Positions 11,450-20,710 are shown, counted from the stretch's first letter. The stretch is DNA of 64,000 nt from Candidatus Lustribacter sp. (GCA_965277805.1 OZ255842.1:4384001-4448000), one strand, 5' to 3'. Program-made: numbers and translations. Notes: generated from the letters alone by a model not told the origin.

Positions 11450-12599
11450 CCGGAATCCAGCGTTTCGAGAGCGGGTCGAATTTCACCACCATCTCGGTAT
11501 TGATTCCGAGACCGCGTTGACTGCCATCGCGGAAGTCATAGAGTCCGTTGATGCCCGCAAAGCCATGCAAACCTTCGATATAATCGCGAACTTGCACCGC
11601 GGTAGCGTCCGGGCCGATATGCCGTAACGCATCGATCAGGATCATGGCAGGATCCCAGGCAAAGATATAGCCGTTATCCGGGATGACCCCGCGCGCTTTA
11701 AGCGCCCCATTGAATTGCTGGAGTGCATCGAGGATGGGTCCCGGGCGTAGCACCGTCACCCCCAGTCCGACCATCGAAGAGAAGTAAAGCTGCTTCGGCA
11801 AGATCGTGAGATACTGATTCATTTGATCGGTGATCGCATTTCCCGAGTTACTGAGAACGGGAACGTCAAGGCCGCTTTGCGTCAGTTGCTTCAAGATCAA
11901 ACCAAATGGTGTGCCCGTCGTCCACGCGATGAGTATGTCGGGTGAGGATGCCTGAATGCGTGTGATCTGTGCGGCGACGCTTAGATCTGTGATATTGAAA
12001 TGTTCGTTATCGACAATTGAGAGATCATGGTTTTCTGGCCGAAGCAGGGCTGCCTTAACGTTGTCCTCACCCTCCTGACCCGTCGCATCTGTAGATGTGA
12101 TCAACGCGATCTTGTGCCAGCCGCGTGTGTGAAAATACGTGAGCGCGCCACCGACCGAGTCTCGCACAGCCATGCTCGTCGAGAAGATAAAACTGTTTGG
12201 CGCCGGATGGATCGACGGTGACACGCAGTACGTGACGGGACCGGCTTTATTAACAATTGGCAGCACAGCCGAACACGTTCCCGAACCGGACGGCCCGAGC
12301 ATCACCGCTGTATGTTGGCCGATGAATTCGCTCGTCAATTGTACCGCGAGTGCGGGATTGCTCTGGTCATCGACGACTTCGAAATGCACCGGCCGACCGC
12401 GAATGCCGCCGGACTTGTTGGTCAGGTCTTCGACCGCTTGGAGGGCTAAGGCGTCCGAATGGCCGAGGAAGGCACCGGCTCCAGTTAGCGAGAGAACGGC
12501 CGGGATTGTGTACGTCGGCAGCGTCGCTGCGTCGGCCGAGGTCGTCCCTACGAACACGCCCAACAAAGCGATCGAAAATGCGAAGGCCCGTATACTCAT
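11412..12599 (-). CDS. LivJ/branched-chain-type ABC solute-binding protein
   Basis: Signal peptide; LSLTGAGAFLG, GGIRGRPV..V.DDQSNP, GINGLYDF..QRGL. Confidence 0.88.
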   Translation of the reverse strand: MSIRAFAFSIALLGVFVGTTSADAATLPTYTIPAVLSLTGAGAFLGHSDALALQAVEDLTNKSGGIRGRPVHFEVVDDQSNPALAVQLTSEFIGQHTAVMLGPSGSGTCSAVLPIVNKAGPVTYCVSPSIHPAPNSFIFSTSMAVRDSVGGALTYFHTRGWHKIALITSTDATGQEGEDNVKAALLRPENHDLSIVDNEHFNITDLSVAAQITRIQASSPDILIAWTTGTPFGLILKQLTQSGLDVPVLSNSGNAITDQMNQYLTILPKQLYFSSMVGLGVTVLRPGPILDALQQFNGALKARGVIPDNGYIFAWDPAMILIDALRHIGPDATAVQVRDYIEGLHGFAGINGLYDFRDGSQRGLGINTEMVVKFDPLSKRWIPVTRPGGKKLATR

Positions 12600-12664
12600 C
12601 TTGCAAAGTGCCCCGCATGGGGAGCGAATCCTAGCGCTCGTAATATCAGTTTTGACCGTCTGCT

Positions 12665-12679
12665 ATACGGAAGTAGTAT
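12665..12679. promoter_or_regulatory. LysR-type box ATAC-N7-GTAT overlapping a putative promoter
   Basis: ATACggaagtaGTAT; TTGACC (12652-12657) lies 16 nt before TAGTAT (12674-12679). Confidence 0.55.
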
Positions 12680-12732
12680 CAAACGCGAGCTGGAAGGCGA
12701 TGGTGCTTTAAGGAAGCTGCATTCGTCCAACA

Positions 12733-14949
12733 ATGACTATCGAAGTTGCTCCATTCGTTGTACCCGCGATATTCAGAAGCGATGAGTATCGTGTCGAAGG
12801 ACGCGCCAAAGTTACCGGTGCGGCTCAATTTGCGGCGGACTTTCAACGCGAAGACATGCTCTGGGCAGCTTTTGTTTCGAGCTCGGAACCGCACGCCAAA
12901 ATACTTAGCTACGATCTGCGCGCGGCGCGCGAATTGCCGGGCGTACGCGCCGTTCTCACGGGCGAGGACCTAGCGGGCCGATATTTTGGGCGTGTTTTGG
13001 CCGATTGGCCCGTATTGGCGCAAGGCCGCGTCCTGTTCGTTGGCCAGTATGTGGTCGCCCTTGCCGCCGATACGCGCGAGATTGCTGAAACAGCAGCAGC
13101 GCTGGTGGTGGTTCACTACGAATCGTTGGAGCCGATCTTCGAGACAGCCGAAGCACTTGCCGACGACGCCACGATACTCCACGAGCAGCGATCGATCTAT
13201 GCTTTTCAAGGTAGACCTGGAACTGCACCGGTACAATCGCACGGGAACATTCAGGGCAGTCTTTTGGTGGAACGTGGCGATATAAGGGCCGGCTTTGCGT
13301 CGGCCGTGCGGACGTTCGAGCATACTTTTACGACTCCGCGTCATCATGGTGGTTACATCGAGCCGCGTGCCACGCTGGTTTGGGTCGAAGAGAACGAGCA
13401 TGTCCATGTGATCTCAACATGCAAGACGCCGTATGCACTGCGGAACATGCTGTCCGTGTGCACCGGCGTTCCGGTGGCAAAAATTACCGTCGAGCAATCT
13501 AACATTGGCGGTGACTTCGGCGCAAAGGGCTTATCGGTTGACGATTTCCCGTGTTACTTTCTGGCGAAAGCTACGGGCCGGCCAGTGAAGTATGTACGCA
13601 GGTATATCGAAGACGTCCGCTCGACGAATACTCGTCACGCAGCAACCGTAACGATGAAGACCGGGGTCGACGCGGCCGGAAGTATCGTCGCATTCTACGG
13701 ACGGGTCGTCTATAACGGCGGTGCATTTGCTGCCGCAAAGCCGGTACCGCACCTCTTACCTGGTTCATTTTTGTCGAAGACGCCGTATCGCATACCAAAC
13801 GCAAAGGTCGAGCTATTTTCGGTTTATACCAATACGGTACCGGCCGGACACGTGCGATCTCCGGGCGATGTCCAAATTATTTTCGCGTTAGAATCGCACA
13901 TGGATATGGTTGCCGATGAACTTGGCATCGATCCGGTCGACTTCCGGCTCAAAAATGTTCTGACCGGCGACGAACAGGATCTCGACGGCGCCCCGTATAT
14001 CTGTCCGCGCGGAAGAGACGTGCTCGAAATATTGCGGCGCGAGGGTGATTGGGATGTCCCTTTGCCACCCGGTCGTGGTAAGGGCATCGCGATAACCGCG
14101 CATCACATCGGACACGGGAGCTCGCAAGTACGAATGCGTCTCGTTCGCGACGGGACGATCACGATTTATACGCCACTTATGGATCAAGGGGTCGGTACGC
14201 TCACGATGCTAGGACGTATCGCCGAGGCAGTTTTGAATGTCGGGCTCGAACGGTTTCGGTTCGTTCAGGAAAATACGGCTGGGGGACTTGCGGAATCCGG
14301 TCCTGGCGCTACGCGAGTTACGGCAATCACGGGGCAAGCATGTCATGATGCGGCGCAGCAACTTCGTGCCCGGCTCGGCGATGCGGGTTGGAACGGAATC
14401 GAGAATAGCTATGCCCGTGCCGCGGAAGAGGCATGTATCCGTGGCGCGGTTGAGGTAACGGGCACCCACGAACGGCATTGGACGTGCGGCGAGCTCGATT
14501 CGCACAATTTCTCCGGTTATCTGGCGGACGTCTCGGTCGATTTGGAAACGGGCGCCGTTCGCGTAAACAAGGTCATCTTCGTTGCGGATGTGGGTGTCGT
14601 CATCAATCCCCTTGCTCACCAAGGACAGATCGATGGGGGCTTTATTTTTGGTCTCGGTCACGCGCTCAGTGAGGAGCTTATTGTGGAAGACGGCCGAATC
14701 GTCAACTTGACATTTGCCGACTACAAAGTGCCGGTACAAAAAGATATCCCGCCGTTCAGGACGATCTTGTTGGAAACCCCGGGCGGCCCGGGGCCTTTTG
14801 GCGCCAAGGCGATCGGAGAATCAAGTTCGTCTGCGATTGCACCGGCGATAGCGAACGCTGTTGCACGCGCGTGCGGTGTTCGCGTTGCGCAGCTCCCGAT
14901 CAGTGCGGAGCGTGTGCTGAATGGCCTTTCACAAAACGCGCGCGGTTAG
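12733..14949 (+). CDS. Xanthine dehydrogenase-family molybdopterin-binding (large) subunit, no adjacent S/M subunits
   Basis: RVEGRAKVTGAAQFAAD, GGDFGAK, DQGVG, GQIDGGF..GLGHALSE, GPFGAKAIGE. Confidence 0.93.
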   Translation: MTIEVAPFVVPAIFRSDEYRVEGRAKVTGAAQFAADFQREDMLWAAFVSSSEPHAKILSYDLRAARELPGVRAVLTGEDLAGRYFGRVLADWPVLAQGRVLFVGQYVVALAADTREIAETAAALVVVHYESLEPIFETAEALADDATILHEQRSIYAFQGRPGTAPVQSHGNIQGSLLVERGDIRAGFASAVRTFEHTFTTPRHHGGYIEPRATLVWVEENEHVHVISTCKTPYALRNMLSVCTGVPVAKITVEQSNIGGDFGAKGLSVDDFPCYFLAKATGRPVKYVRRYIEDVRSTNTRHAATVTMKTGVDAAGSIVAFYGRVVYNGGAFAAAKPVPHLLPGSFLSKTPYRIPNAKVELFSVYTNTVPAGHVRSPGDVQIIFALESHMDMVADELGIDPVDFRLKNVLTGDEQDLDGAPYICPRGRDVLEILRREGDWDVPLPPGRGKGIAITAHHIGHGSSQVRMRLVRDGTITIYTPLMDQGVGTLTMLGRIAEAVLNVGLERFRFVQENTAGGLAESGPGATRVTAITGQACHDAAQQLRARLGDAGWNGIENSYARAAEEACIRGAVEVTGTHERHWTCGELDSHNFSGYLADVSVDLETGAVRVNKVIFVADVGVVINPLAHQGQIDGGFIFGLGHALSEELIVEDGRIVNLTFADYKVPVQKDIPPFRTILLETPGGPGPFGAKAIGESSSSAIAPAIANAVARACGVRVAQLPISAERVLNGLSQNARG

Positions 14950-16424
14950 TCATATACCCCGCGGATGCTCCAGGCACTCGATTCGTGCGCGATGCGCACG
15001 AGGGAACCGTCGTCGAGCAGCACGTCGTACTCATCGCGCACCAACGGCTCGCCGGCGCCGACCGCACCGGCCCACCAGCCTTCTTCAACGCGCCACGGCC
15101 CGGCCGCATCGAGCACCGTTTGCGCGGGCGTGCCGACGAATCGCGGTGCGCCGCCGATCACGCGCACGGCGACCGCTTGCGGTGCGATCGGATGGAATTG
15201 CAGCGTTGCGGTCTGCGGTAACGGTGCCGGCGCGGTAACAGTCCAGCTTTTCGTTACGAGCGGTTCGAGCGTGAACGGGTCGTGCGCGAAGCGCCGCTCG
15301 ACGCGCGGACCGTTCACGATGCGCGTGCGCAACGCGCCGCCGTCGCCGAATGCGGCCTCGAGTCGCGCGAGCACGACGCCGAGCGCATCCGGATCCGGAT
15401 CGCCGGCCGCAAAGAGCGCGAGCGGCACGCCGCCGTCTTCGAGTCCCTCTGCAACGAGCCGCAAACCGGTGACGGGCGCGTCTAGCACGACGCCTTCGAG
15501 ACGTGCGCGCAGCAGGTTGAACAGCGTTGCCGGCACCGCGGTGGGCTGCGCGACGCGCGTGGTGAGTTCGCGGATGTCGCCGTTTTCGCACTCGAGCGCG
15601 AGGACGAGCCGTCCCGCGCGCTTCCCCGCCGCGCCCAAATCGTCGACGACGCGGTTGACCAGCGAGCGCAGCGCGAACAGCACGGCTTCTTCGGAGCTGG
15701 CTTCACCCTCGCCGTAACTGCTGCGGTCGATCCGCAAGGCGCGCGGGCGCGGGCGCAGCCGGCGGCGATCGATGCCGCACGCCCACTCATGCCAGCGTCC
15801 CGACGCCGGGCCGAAGCGGCGCACGAACGGTCCGTGCGGCAGCGCCGCCAGATCGCCCAGCGTGGCGACCCCAAGCAAGCGCAGCCGGTCGCAGACGTCG
15901 TCACCGCAATCGAGCAGCTCCAGCGGCAGAGGGCTGAGGAAGGCCGCCGGATCGCCGTCACAGATGGCCCCATCGCCGAGCATCGCCGCCGCCCGCGCGA
16001 CGAACGGGTTCGGCCCAAGACCGACCCGTAGCGGCAGATCAAACCCGGCCAGCGCGTTGCGGACCGCGCCGATCCAGCCGTAGGCGCTGCCCTCGATGCC
16101 GTGCATCTCAAGGAAGGCCCGGCCCCAGCCGCCGTCCTCAACCAGCGGCGAGGCGGCGTCGAGCGCCTCGAGCACGTCGGCCCAGACCGCCGCGTCCCGC
16201 TCGCGATCGTCGACCACGGTGCGGGCTTCGTTGGCCACGGCCTGCGCCTGGACGAGCGTCATCCCCGGCCGTACCCCAAGCGCCGCCGCCGGCAGCGAGC
16301 AGTCCACGACCCGGCCGCGTTCGAGCTTGTCGGCCACGATCACGGGTGCATCGAGGTCGACGGCCTGGGTCAGCCGGGCGACGGCCAGCCGGAACGCCGG
16401 GATCCAGAGACAGATAATCGGCAT
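14946..16424 (-). CDS. imuB: ImuB-type catalytically inactive Y-family DNA polymerase
   Basis: A..LGVRPGMTL.QA, LRLLGV.TLGDLA.LP....RRFG, C-terminal AGPWRVEEGWW..RDEYDV; no D-x-D/SIDE catalytic motifs; SOS box upstream. Confidence 0.88.
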   Translation of the reverse strand: MPIICLWIPAFRLAVARLTQAVDLDAPVIVADKLERGRVVDCSLPAAALGVRPGMTLVQAQAVANEARTVVDDRERDAAVWADVLEALDAASPLVEDGGWGRAFLEMHGIEGSAYGWIGAVRNALAGFDLPLRVGLGPNPFVARAAAMLGDGAICDGDPAAFLSPLPLELLDCGDDVCDRLRLLGVATLGDLAALPHGPFVRRFGPASGRWHEWACGIDRRRLRPRPRALRIDRSSYGEGEASSEEAVLFALRSLVNRVVDDLGAAGKRAGRLVLALECENGDIRELTTRVAQPTAVPATLFNLLRARLEGVVLDAPVTGLRLVAEGLEDGGVPLALFAAGDPDPDALGVVLARLEAAFGDGGALRTRIVNGPRVERRFAHDPFTLEPLVTKSWTVTAPAPLPQTATLQFHPIAPQAVAVRVIGGAPRFVGTPAQTVLDAAGPWRVEEGWWAGAVGAGEPLVRDEYDVLLDDGSLVRIAHESSAWSIRGVYD

Positions 16425-16433
16425 TGGGCGCCG

Positions 16434-16462
16434 ATTGTATCGAACATACGTTCGATACGCAA
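16434..16462 (-). promoter_or_regulatory. Sigma70-type promoter TTGCGT-N17-TACAAT with embedded LexA (SOS) box
   Basis: Palindrome GTATCGAAC-atac-GTTCGATAC at 16437-16458 (GAAC-N4-GTTC core) fills the -35/-10 spacer; the -10 ends 9 nt before the imuB ATG. Confidence 0.88.
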
Positions 16463-16599
16463 GAGCCGGGATTCGCCGGTCCTTGCCTCGTCTGCAAAGA
16501 CTGGACGGCGCTGGTAAGCGCTAACCTATGAGTTAGCGATTTTTTGGCGAACAGGGTCAGGATCTGTATGAGATTGCCTATCAATGAGGTCGTTTCCGA

Positions 16600-17466
16600 T
16601 TGTTCTTCCGCGTGAAGAAGAAGGCAAGCGCATCGGTAACTGTCGCTGAACAACTCGTGCTCGGCATAATCGGTCCTCCGGTAGCGACCCAACAAACACT
16701 ATCGAACGACGTTCTCATTCGGATTCAACGCGATTGGGCTTGCGGTTGCCGAACGCAGTTACTCTCGCCGGGGCTCTCCTCGTGGGAGCTGTGCCGGCGG
16801 CACGAAATCATGTATTTGGGTGCGGACGAAGGGAAGCCGTCGATCGGGCTGCGGGAGTGGCTCGAGGCGCTCGTTCATAATGTCCACGCTCCCGTTTGGA
16901 GTGCGCCGCTCGTCGGACTCGGCGTGGCGCTCGCAATAAAAGTCGCTTACGATTCGAAGGCGTTGGCGAAGCGCGCGAAAGAAGCCGAAAACACCGCCTT
17001 GATCGATCCGTTGACCGGTCTGTACAATCGCCGTGGTTGGAATCGCCGTGTCGACGAGGAGCAAAAGCGTCTAAAGCGCGATGCAAAAGCGCCCGTTGCC
17101 GTTGCTGTGTATATGCTCGACGTCGATGGCCTGAAAATTACCAACGATGAACGTGGGCATGCCGCCGGTGATGCGATTTTACGTCAGGTATCGAAAGTGA
17201 TTTCGTCGGTTACTCGGGAGCATGACATCACTGCCCGGCTCGGCGGCGATGAATTTGCGATCATGACGATTCAATCGCAACCTGCCGAAGCCGATCTCAT
17301 TCGCGCGCGCCTCGAGCGTGGCTTTCAATCGGCAAGCCTTGCGGTCTCGATCGGCTGCGCATTCGCCGAGTCGCTCGAGACGATCAGTGACGCGATGGAT
17401 CGCGCCGACAGCTTGATGTACGAAGCGAAGAAAAGTCGCGTCGGACGCGCCGCAAAAAGCCTCTGA
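16600..17466 (+). CDS. Diguanylate cyclase (GGDEF) with N-terminal Cys/His motif and one TM helix
   Basis: DPLTGLYNRR, DVDGLK..ND..GH..GD, I-site REHD, ARLGGDEF; GAGGT 9 nt before TTG 16600; hydrophobic APLVGLGVALAIKVAY. Confidence 0.9.
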   Translation: MFFRVKKKASASVTVAEQLVLGIIGPPVATQQTLSNDVLIRIQRDWACGCRTQLLSPGLSSWELCRRHEIMYLGADEGKPSIGLREWLEALVHNVHAPVWSAPLVGLGVALAIKVAYDSKALAKRAKEAENTALIDPLTGLYNRRGWNRRVDEEQKRLKRDAKAPVAVAVYMLDVDGLKITNDERGHAAGDAILRQVSKVISSVTREHDITARLGGDEFAIMTIQSQPAEADLIRARLERGFQSASLAVSIGCAFAESLETISDAMDRADSLMYEAKKSRVGRAAKSL

Positions 17467-17552
17467 AACCGTGATTGTGTGATCTGCATCCGGGTACGAT
17501 GAGAATCTGAAAATGCGGATAACGGCCGTTACAGAGTTCCAGTTCTCGTAGC

Positions 17553-17831
17553 ATGCCGAAACATCCATCGCTAGGCGACCTTCGAGCGGTACTCGGCTTG
17601 TACGAGCTTTCGAGAGCACCCATGGAAGCGGTTAGTTCCGGCCAGGCAACGATCCTCATCGCCAAATGGGCGTGCGGCTGCTCGTCACGCGGAACCGACA
17701 TGCGCGCGATGGAACACCTGAACTGCAGCCGGCACGAGCGGATTGGGCCACGCCCTCCCTTCCCCGGCGACCGTAGAACGCGTTTACGGCGCCAGCGCGG
17801 TCAGATCGCCGAGCGTGGCGACGCCGAGTAA
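17553..17831 (+). CDS. Small hypothetical protein with WACGC-x14-CxRHE motif
   Basis: 92-aa ATG ORF sharing an identically spaced Cys/His motif with the N-terminus of the upstream GGDEF protein. Confidence 0.6.
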   Translation: MPKHPSLGDLRAVLGLYELSRAPMEAVSSGQATILIAKWACGCSSRGTDMRAMEHLNCSRHERIGPRPPFPGDRRTRLRRQRGQIAERGDAE

Positions 17832-17840
17832 TGCCAGTCG

Positions 17841-18461
17841 CTAACGCGGCTCAGCAGCGTACGAGCTGCCCGTCACCGGATCGATATAGACATCGCGTGT
17901 TGCAGACGTCTTGCCACGATGCTCCTCGAACTGCACGTGCCAAGTCTGTTCGTCGGCCCGATTGCTTTCGAACCCGCGAAGCAGCTCGACGTTCTCCACC
18001 TTCGTCAGCATGACGCCCGCACCAAGCTCGGCTTGCGCGCGCCGCACGGCCGCCATCGGCGTCGCAATCAATGGGTGAGTAGCGACGGGAGCACTCCCGA
18101 GCGCCAGGATCAAGGCGAGCGCCACGCCGAGAATGCCGATGCCGATTGCTAGTTCCTGGATCGCCACCGCGCCCTTGAGCCGCCCATCGTCAATCTTCGG
18201 CGTCGACGCATTGAGCAGCAGCAAGGCGCGCCCTAAAGCGAAGATGCCCGCGGCGGCGGCGACGAACAGAAAAATCCAAGACACGATCAGCATCGACTTC
18301 TGCAACGGCGTAAACGTGAAACCGGTCGGGGTCACGAGACCGATGCTAAAGACGAGCGCTCCGCTCGCAAGAGACAGAAGTAACTTACTGAGATCGACGG
18401 CCGCCGCGAACGCTGCCGGCACCGGCGGATCCTGGGCCTCCTTAACCACCGTCGCCGTCAT
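17841..18461 (-). CDS. Hypothetical membrane protein (about 3 TM helices) with PepSY-like C-terminus
   Basis: Three hydrophobic stretches; C-terminal WHVQF..RDVYIDPVTG resembles PepSY; start overlaps upstream stop (TGATG). Confidence 0.7.
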   Translation of the reverse strand: MTATVVKEAQDPPVPAAFAAAVDLSKLLLSLASGALVFSIGLVTPTGFTFTPLQKSMLIVSWIFLFVAAAAGIFALGRALLLLNASTPKIDDGRLKGAVAIQELAIGIGILGVALALILALGSAPVATHPLIATPMAAVRRAQAELGAGVMLTKVENVELLRGFESNRADEQTWHVQFEEHRGKTSATRDVYIDPVTGSSYAAEPR

Positions 18462-18832
18462 CAGTCGAACGGCCAGAAACCGAGCGAGATGCCGAAGAAC
18501 GAATGGCCCGTGATTTGCGCCGGGCCCATCGCCCGTAATCTCTCCGCAACATCGTCGGGCGTGTCGAGGAAGCGCGTCCCCGGTCCGTATCCCGCGTGTC
18601 TCGTCGCTTCGTCGTAGCGAGCTCGCGCCTCGGCCGACGATGCGGCGTCGAACGCCTTCATCGCAGCCTCGCGCAACGAGCCGGCTTGATCCGGAGCAAT
18701 ATTCGCGAGGGCAGCGTCCGAAATCTGCGCGACCAGAAACTTGCGCGCTTCCGGGGTTACGGCTTGGGCGCGGCGTTCCTGAAACTCCGCCGCCGCGTCA
18801 TCGACAATGCGGGCGGCCTCTTCCCGTGTCAC
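18461..18832 (-). CDS. Small helical hypothetical protein ending in FWPFD (possible histone-fold)
   Basis: 123-aa Ala-rich helical ORF translationally coupled to the membrane protein gene; fold assignment is a guess. Confidence 0.6.
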   Translation of the reverse strand: MTREEAARIVDDAAAEFQERRAQAVTPEARKFLVAQISDAALANIAPDQAGSLREAAMKAFDAASSAEARARYDEATRHAGYGPGTRFLDTPDDVAERLRAMGPAQITGHSFFGISLGFWPFD

Positions 18833-18980
18833 GCGGCCGCACTATCCGTTCCGTCGCCGGCCACCCTGTCGGCCAATCGAGGCCTCGCCGATTGCCGACA
18901 GCCATTGGACGAAGCGCGGAGCGAGCGCGTGCGCGTCGACCATAGGACTTTAGTCGGGGCTCCTTGTAAGCATCATTGCT

Positions 18981-20174
18981 ATGGCTCCTGGGTATTTTCG
19001 CAAATTAATTGCGTTGGTCATTACCGTTGCGTCACTTGCCGCGGTGGGTTCACCGGTGGGTGCGGCCGACCCGTATGAGATCAACGTGATCCTGCCGCTC
19101 ACCGGCCGGCTCGCGTTCGTCGCTGCGACCGATCAGCAAGCCCTCAAAGCCCTGGAAACATACACCAACAAGACCGGCGGCATCCGCGGAAGGCCGCTTT
19201 CGTTCGTTTTCGCCGACGATCAGTCCGATGCAAAAGTCGCGTTGCAACTCGCGCAGGGCCTGATCGCGAAGAATGTGCCGCTCATCATGGGACCTTCGAG
19301 TCCGGATGCTTGCGCTGCGATCGCCCCGATCATCGAACAGAACGGTCCGTTCTTGTATTGCTTAGCGAACGCGGGGCATCCCACGCCCGGAAGCTACAAC
19401 TTCCTCACCCTCTTCCCGTACGAACCGCAGTTCGTCGTGACGATGCGCTATTTCCGCGAGCGCGGCTTCAAGAAGCTCGCTTATGTGGTTGCCTCCGATG
19501 CCGGCGGTCACGACGCGGAGAAGGCATTGCTCTACGCGACCGGATTGCCGGAAAACAAGTCAATCCAAATCGTCGACCACGAGTACTTTACGCCCGGCGA
19601 TCTCAGCGCTGCGGCGCAAATGGAGCGGATCAGCGCTGCGAAGCCCGACGTGCTGGTCGTTTGGGCCACGGGCACGGCGGCTGGCACGCTCTTCCGCGGC
19701 GCCCAAGACGTGGGCATGGACCTGCCCACGGCCACCTCCCCCGGCAACCTCAATGCTGCCTTCTTCAAACAGTACGCATCGAAATTGCCGAGCAATTTGC
19801 TGTTCGCATCGGTGCCGTATTACGGCGGCGACGCGCAGATGAACCCGGCCACGCGCGCAGCGGTCGCGACGCTGACGAACGCGCTTGCGCCGCTGGGTGC
19901 GAAGCCCGACACGATCGAGATCTCAGCTTGGGATCCGGGCTTGATCATGGTCGATGCGCTGCGCAAGATCGGGCCGGGTGCCACGGCCGCACAACTCAAA
20001 GCGTACGTCAGCAACTTGCAAGGCTTTACCGGCGTCAACGGGCCATACGATTTCAAAGCGGAACCGCAACGCGGACTTGGCTCGAAGAACATCGTCGTGG
20101 TGAAATACGATCCAAAAGACGGTTCATTTACGGCGGTGAGCAAAGCCGGCGGCGATCCGCTCCCCGGCAAATAG
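18981..20174 (+). CDS. LivJ/branched-chain-type ABC solute-binding protein
   Basis: Signal peptide; LPLTGRLAF, GGIRGRPL..ADDQSD, GVNGPYDF..QRGL; paralog of 11412-12599. Confidence 0.9.
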   Translation: MAPGYFRKLIALVITVASLAAVGSPVGAADPYEINVILPLTGRLAFVAATDQQALKALETYTNKTGGIRGRPLSFVFADDQSDAKVALQLAQGLIAKNVPLIMGPSSPDACAAIAPIIEQNGPFLYCLANAGHPTPGSYNFLTLFPYEPQFVVTMRYFRERGFKKLAYVVASDAGGHDAEKALLYATGLPENKSIQIVDHEYFTPGDLSAAAQMERISAAKPDVLVVWATGTAAGTLFRGAQDVGMDLPTATSPGNLNAAFFKQYASKLPSNLLFASVPYYGGDAQMNPATRAAVATLTNALAPLGAKPDTIEISAWDPGLIMVDALRKIGPGATAAQLKAYVSNLQGFTGVNGPYDFKAEPQRGLGSKNIVVVKYDPKDGSFTAVSKAGGDPLPGK

Positions 20175-20180
20175 CCGATC

Positions 20181-20708
20181 ATGGTTGACGACGTCGAGTC
20201 GCTCATCACCGATGAGATGCGCGCGTGCATCGGCTACACGACGCCGCCGCTCGCGATTCCCGAAGAGATCAGCGCATCCGATGTGCGGCACTTCGTCTCC
20301 GTCATCGGCGAGACGAACCCGATCTACCGCGACGCGGCCTACGCACGGCGCATGGGCTACAAGGGCGTCGTCGTCCCGCCGATCTTCGTTGTCATTCTCT
20401 TCCGCCGCATTCAGGTACCGGTCGGACAACGGCCGGGTCTCGATTGGGGTCCGCTCCAGTTGCCGCCATCGTTCAAGAACACACGCAACGCCGGTCAAGT
20501 CTATGAGTGGCTGCGACCGGTGTACGTCGGCGACACGCTTACGATCACGACGAAGCTCGTCGATCTGCTGGCGCGCCGCACGCGCGACGGCCGGCCGATG
20601 ATCCTCATCGTTTCGGAATTCGAAATCCGCAATCAGCACGGCGAACTGATCCTCCGTCAGATGAATCACGACGCAAAACTCGAGCTGACGTCGTTCAAAG
20701 CGAGCTGA
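20181..20708 (+). CDS. MaoC/FAS1-like dehydratase (hot-dog fold)
   Basis: VRHFVSVIGETNPIYRD..YA...GY...VVPP; YEWLRPVYVGDTL; NQHGE. Confidence 0.88.
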   Translation: MVDDVESLITDEMRACIGYTTPPLAIPEEISASDVRHFVSVIGETNPIYRDAAYARRMGYKGVVVPPIFVVILFRRIQVPVGQRPGLDWGPLQLPPSFKNTRNAGQVYEWLRPVYVGDTLTITTKLVDLLARRTRDGRPMILIVSEFEIRNQHGELILRQMNHDAKLELTSFKAS

Positions 20709-20710
20709 CA

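Noticed and set aside
16701-16716. Second LexA-like site GAAC-gac-GTTC
   Set aside because: Spacer is 3 nt instead of 4 and it lies inside a coding region.
17520-17531. Perfect palindrome TAACGGCCGTTA upstream of the small Cys-motif ORF
   Set aside because: Single occurrence with no candidate regulator; cannot be distinguished from chance.
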